A DNA stretch of 64,000 bases, from contig CAVTTL010000001.1 of NCBI GenBank assembly GCA_963737635.1, positions 1,088,001-1,152,000 on the forward strand, in the 5' to 3' direction. The translations under genes and the position numbers were made by a program. The DNA comes from an uncultured Methanoregulaceae archaeon. Its GTDB lineage: Archaea > Halobacteriota > Methanomicrobia > Methanomicrobiales > Methanospirillaceae. The notes under the pieces are model-generated. The model was given only the letters and a program-made list of their open reading frames with translations. It made no database searches and was not told where the DNA came from. Below are positions 60,883 to 64,000 of the stretch, in pieces (position 1 is the stretch's first letter; every line of letters starts with the position of its first letter).

Positions 60883-61308
60883 TTAGTCTGGATCTTTTTT
60901 GAATGTCAAGTCAATCCAATTGATAATCTGATCCCTCAACTGACGGAATTCTCCGCGGATTTCTTCTTGGGATCCGGTAAATCCCGATGGATCTGGGAAA
61001 TTCTGGTTAATCACTTCGTCCGCACCAGGGAAAAACGGGCAGACTTTGTTTGCCGCATCGCATACCGTTACTACTATCTGTATACCTTTTCCGAAGAATT
61101 CGTCGACAAGTTTTGACCTGTATCCGGAGATATCTATCCCGATCTCTTTCATCACTTCGATAGCCATTGGGTTGACCCGGGAAGCTTCAATCCCTCCGCT
61201 GAACACTTCATAGCGATCCCCGTATTTAGATCTCATGTATCCTTCTGCTATCTGAGATCGGGTGGCATTATGCATGCAAATAAAAAGGATTTTTTTCTTT
61301 TCTGGCAT
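60883..61308 (-). CDS. arsC: Thioredoxin-type arsenate reductase (LMW-PTPase fold)
   Basis: CMHNATRS P-loop, TVC..CP, DP. Confidence 0.85.
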   Translation of the reverse strand: MPEKKKILFICMHNATRSQIAEGYMRSKYGDRYEVFSGGIEASRVNPMAIEVMKEIGIDISGYRSKLVDEFFGKGIQIVVTVCDAANKVCPFFPGADEVINQNFPDPSGFTGSQEEIRGEFRQLRDQIINWIDLTFKKDPD

Positions 61309-61466
61309 TGGTCATCACATCATATCACTGATGATTCTTTTCATAACGTGGGAGCCACATATTCTTAACGTGCCCCATCATAAATGCAAATCATTCTTGG
61401 CCATCATTATTTGGTAAATGTTTTTTCCCTGCGCAACCTTGGCCCATTGGATTCTTAAGGGATAGT

Positions 61467-61880
61467 TTATCTTTTCCAGACCTCCAAGCTCGACATGTTC
61501 CGGCCATGGTAAGTGATCTCGGATGCTGTGAATACCAGAACCACGAAATCTGGATTGTCCGCCGATTTGAAATACTGTTCAAACATCGGGTTCCAATATT
61601 TTTTCTTGGTAGGAATGTCCTCGTGGACCTTTCCCTTTGCCTTGATCTCTACATATGGGTCGGAGAACTCTTTTCCCGACCAGATTGAAATAGCAGCATC
61701 GGGGTTTTTTACAAGTTGTTCAACTTTCTTGGAACTCTTCATGGTTCCCCCGACGAGGGTCATGTCAGGAAAACCGGCCAGCACCATGAATCGCACTGCA
61801 GGCATTTTCCCATCAAGAGTGGCAACGGCTGCCGGGTGTTGTTCGCCTATTACTTCGAGGATATTCTCCTTGAGTGACAT
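61467..61880 (-). CDS. Pyridoxamine 5'-phosphate oxidase-like FMN-binding protein
   Basis: ATL..PAVRFM, SKKVEQL..NP, YF..DNPDF. Confidence 0.85.
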   Translation of the reverse strand: MSLKENILEVIGEQHPAAVATLDGKMPAVRFMVLAGFPDMTLVGGTMKSSKKVEQLVKNPDAAISIWSGKEFSDPYVEIKAKGKVHEDIPTKKKYWNPMFEQYFKSADNPDFVVLVFTASEITYHGRNMSSLEVWKR

Positions 61881-62138
61881 AGTGCCCTTATAAATATTTC
61901 ATCTATGATAAAAGTTATGATAGAGGAAACATTTCTGTCTCTTTTTGTCATCATTCAGCCTACCCAGTGTTTCAAAATATGTTTCAAATTCTGATTTTCG
62001 GGAAAGGGTCTTTAAAAATTTCCTTTAATACGGGTCTGGTGAAGATTTCCTGTCATGAAGGATTTCCTCATGCTCTTTTGGGAGCGTTGAGGAGTACTCC
62101 CTGCATGGCAACAGAATTGACATCCGAGGATTGAGAGT

Positions 62139-62732
62139 ATGGATCTTGTTACCTGTGAAAAAAATCCTGGTTATCCCGGAGATTTTCCACTCAGGGAAGA
62201 AAATGCACCGCTAGTAGAAACTCTGCAGTTGCTCGTTTTCGCTATTGAAAGGAAGTATTTTGCCATCGATCTCACGGAAGTAAGAGATATTGTCAGAGAA
62301 GCACGCATGAAACATCCGGATAGCGTCAAACCGTCAATAGTTAGAGGAATTATCCGGAGAAACCGGAGAAATACGATCGTTATTAATTTGAACCGCTGCC
62401 TCAGAATCCAGTGGGGATTTGACATCGATGAGAGGAACACTGGGATCCTCGTGCTCGATGAAAAAGTAGGGGATTCAACTCTGGGAATACTAGTAACCGG
62501 AATTTCGTCGATCGTGACCGTAAAATATTCCCGATTAAAGTCGGATCCAGTTCACGCAGGAAAAGACATTCTACCGATCCATGGTGTCATCAGAAAAACC
62601 GGATCCGGCATTTTCTCAGGAAATGGGAGCCCCATAATCTGGATAGATCTCCGGAGCCTGGTAAACAATTGCAGTTCTGGCGATCTCTTTGCCGACGGAG
62701 AGTCGGAGCTCGTGAGAATTGCAGATTTATAG
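62139..62732 (+). CDS. CheW-like protein
   Basis: LLVF..FAIDL..VRDIV, VRGII, GILV, IIWIDL. Confidence 0.75.
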   Translation: MDLVTCEKNPGYPGDFPLREENAPLVETLQLLVFAIERKYFAIDLTEVRDIVREARMKHPDSVKPSIVRGIIRRNRRNTIVINLNRCLRIQWGFDIDERNTGILVLDEKVGDSTLGILVTGISSIVTVKYSRLKSDPVHAGKDILPIHGVIRKTGSGIFSGNGSPIIWIDLRSLVNNCSSGDLFADGESELVRIADL

Positions 62733-62911
62733 AATCAAGATAAAATGGCGCTCTTTGCGTCACACCGGAAAAGGATCAGAGGAAACAATTGATGAACATG
62801 AGTCAGGAAATTGTAGAAGATAATCGATGTTAAAGAGACAAAAACAGGAAGTTTCAATGGCATAACAGGAATTGCTCTCAAAAATTATCCCGGAAATGTC
62901 AGGGTAGGATC

Positions 62912-63622
62912 ATGATCGCAGTATCTTATATTGTAGCATTTATCGCAGGAATCGTCTCGTTTCTTGCGCCATGTGTTTTACCTTTAGTTCCCGGATTCCT
63001 CATCTATCTCGCAGGAACTTCCGCAAAGGAGGGATCCGGGAAGCGTTGGGACATTGTCCTCGCAAGTATCCTCTTTGTCGCCGGTTTCTCGCTTGTCTTC
63101 TCCCTCCTTGGAGTGCTCCTGAACACGATACTGACTTCAGTCTCAAATGGAGTGCAGCTCTGGTTGTCAAGAGCCGGGGGACTAATCATCATATTTTTTG
63201 GTCTTTATCTGGTCGGGTTGATCCGGATCAGCTGGCTTGAGCAGGAACATAAGTTCAGTGTTACCGGGATAAAATCGAAGTATCTTACATCTTTTGTTTT
63301 CGGGGTCGCATTTGCCGCCGGGTGGACCCCCTGCGTAGGTGCGGCACTTGGAGCGATCCTTGGTCTGGCAGCAACTCAGCCGACGCTTGCGTTCACACTT
63401 CTTCTCGTGTACTCGGCAGGTCTGGGTGTGCCATTCATCATCACCGGCCTGTTCGCTTCCCAAGCCGTAGGCTGGATCAAAAAATACTCACGTGTGCTTC
63501 AGTACGTCAATATCGTTTTCGGTATTCTGCTCATCATCATCGGCATTTTGATCTTTACCCAGACACTCTCACTCATTGCAAACCTGCCGGCACTCAACGG
63601 ATACCTCCTCGGGAGTGGATAG
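62912..63622 (+). CDS. ccdA: CcdA/DsbD-type thiol-disulfide transporter
   Basis: FLAPCVLPLVP, GWTPCVG. Confidence 0.92.
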   Translation: MIAVSYIVAFIAGIVSFLAPCVLPLVPGFLIYLAGTSAKEGSGKRWDIVLASILFVAGFSLVFSLLGVLLNTILTSVSNGVQLWLSRAGGLIIIFFGLYLVGLIRISWLEQEHKFSVTGIKSKYLTSFVFGVAFAAGWTPCVGAALGAILGLAATQPTLAFTLLLVYSAGLGVPFIITGLFASQAVGWIKKYSRVLQYVNIVFGILLIIIGILIFTQTLSLIANLPALNGYLLGSG

Positions 63623-63624
63623 AT

Positions 63625-64000
63625 ATGGAAAAAAGAACCCTTGCACTCATTGTGGCCCTTATTCTTATCGCCGCAGCAATTGTTGCTCTTTCCTCGCTTA
63701 GTCCGAACCGGACCTATACTGGTACGGCAGTTACGCCGGGAAACCGGACGGTAATTAACGAAGAAAAAGCAAAGATTTACCCTTACGCAAAAGAGATTGC
63801 CGAGCCATCAGGATTCGTGAACGTCGATAATATCACAATAGGAAGCCTGATAGGAAAGGATGTCATCCTTGTGGACTTCTGGACATATAGTTGCATTAAT
63901 TGCCAGCGGACGATCCCGTACCTGGACCTCTGGTACGAAAAATACCATGATCAGGGTCTCGAGATCATCGGTGTCCATACACCGGAGTTCCAGTTCGAGC
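63625..64000 (+). CDS. Membrane-anchored DipZ-like redoxin (partial)
   Basis: Manual translation MEKRTLALIV..VDFWTYSCINC..IIGVHTPEF. Confidence 0.92.
   Translation, partial: MEKRTLALIVALILIAAAIVALSSLSPNRTYTGTAVTPGNRTVINEEKAKIYPYAKEIAEPSGFVNVDNITIGSLIGKDVILVDFWTYSCINCQRTIPYLDLWYEKYHDQGLEIIGVHTPEFQFE

Noticed and set aside
1-64000. CRISPR array, IS/transposase, integrase, rRNA, inteins
   Set aside because: No spaced repeats, transposase or integrase motifs, rRNA-like tracts or oversized host proteins detected by eye

Overview
Archaeal chromosome segment, most consistent with a Methanomicrobiales methanogen (Methanoregula-like; inferred from SepRS, archaeal PRK, AglB, Kae1-Bud32 fusion, SmsCB and archaeal ribosomal/RNAP genes). 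It is mostly core genome: trpEGD; a radical SAM/SPASM gene followed by small Cys-rich genes; a CC1-like chromatin protein; tRNA-Gly/tRNA-Val; the eIF2g-PIN-rpo7-spt4-DUF359-S24e-S27ae-kae1/bud32-rdgB-L40e cluster; a GlcNAc/N-glycosylation cluster (glmM, 2x glmU, glmS, acetyltransferase, GT4, aglB); smsCB; an orphan amino-DNA methyltransferase; an MrfAB-like helicase/exonuclease pair; prk; queDEC-NUDIX-hydrolase-aRF1-argS-taw1-sepS; rps12-rps7-fusA; and an accessory envelope/redox region at 52-64 kb. No CRISPR, rRNA or intact mobile element was seen. About 11 genes carry single-base frameshifts, probably assembly errors, and several fall in the centre of AGCT/GATC palindromes, which may reflect the methylome. 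The best novel candidate is a structured trp leader: a 30-aa uORF ending Trp-UGA, in frame with trpE, with mutually exclusive hairpins, downstream of a TrpY-type box. All family assignments are by motif recognition; no database searches were run.
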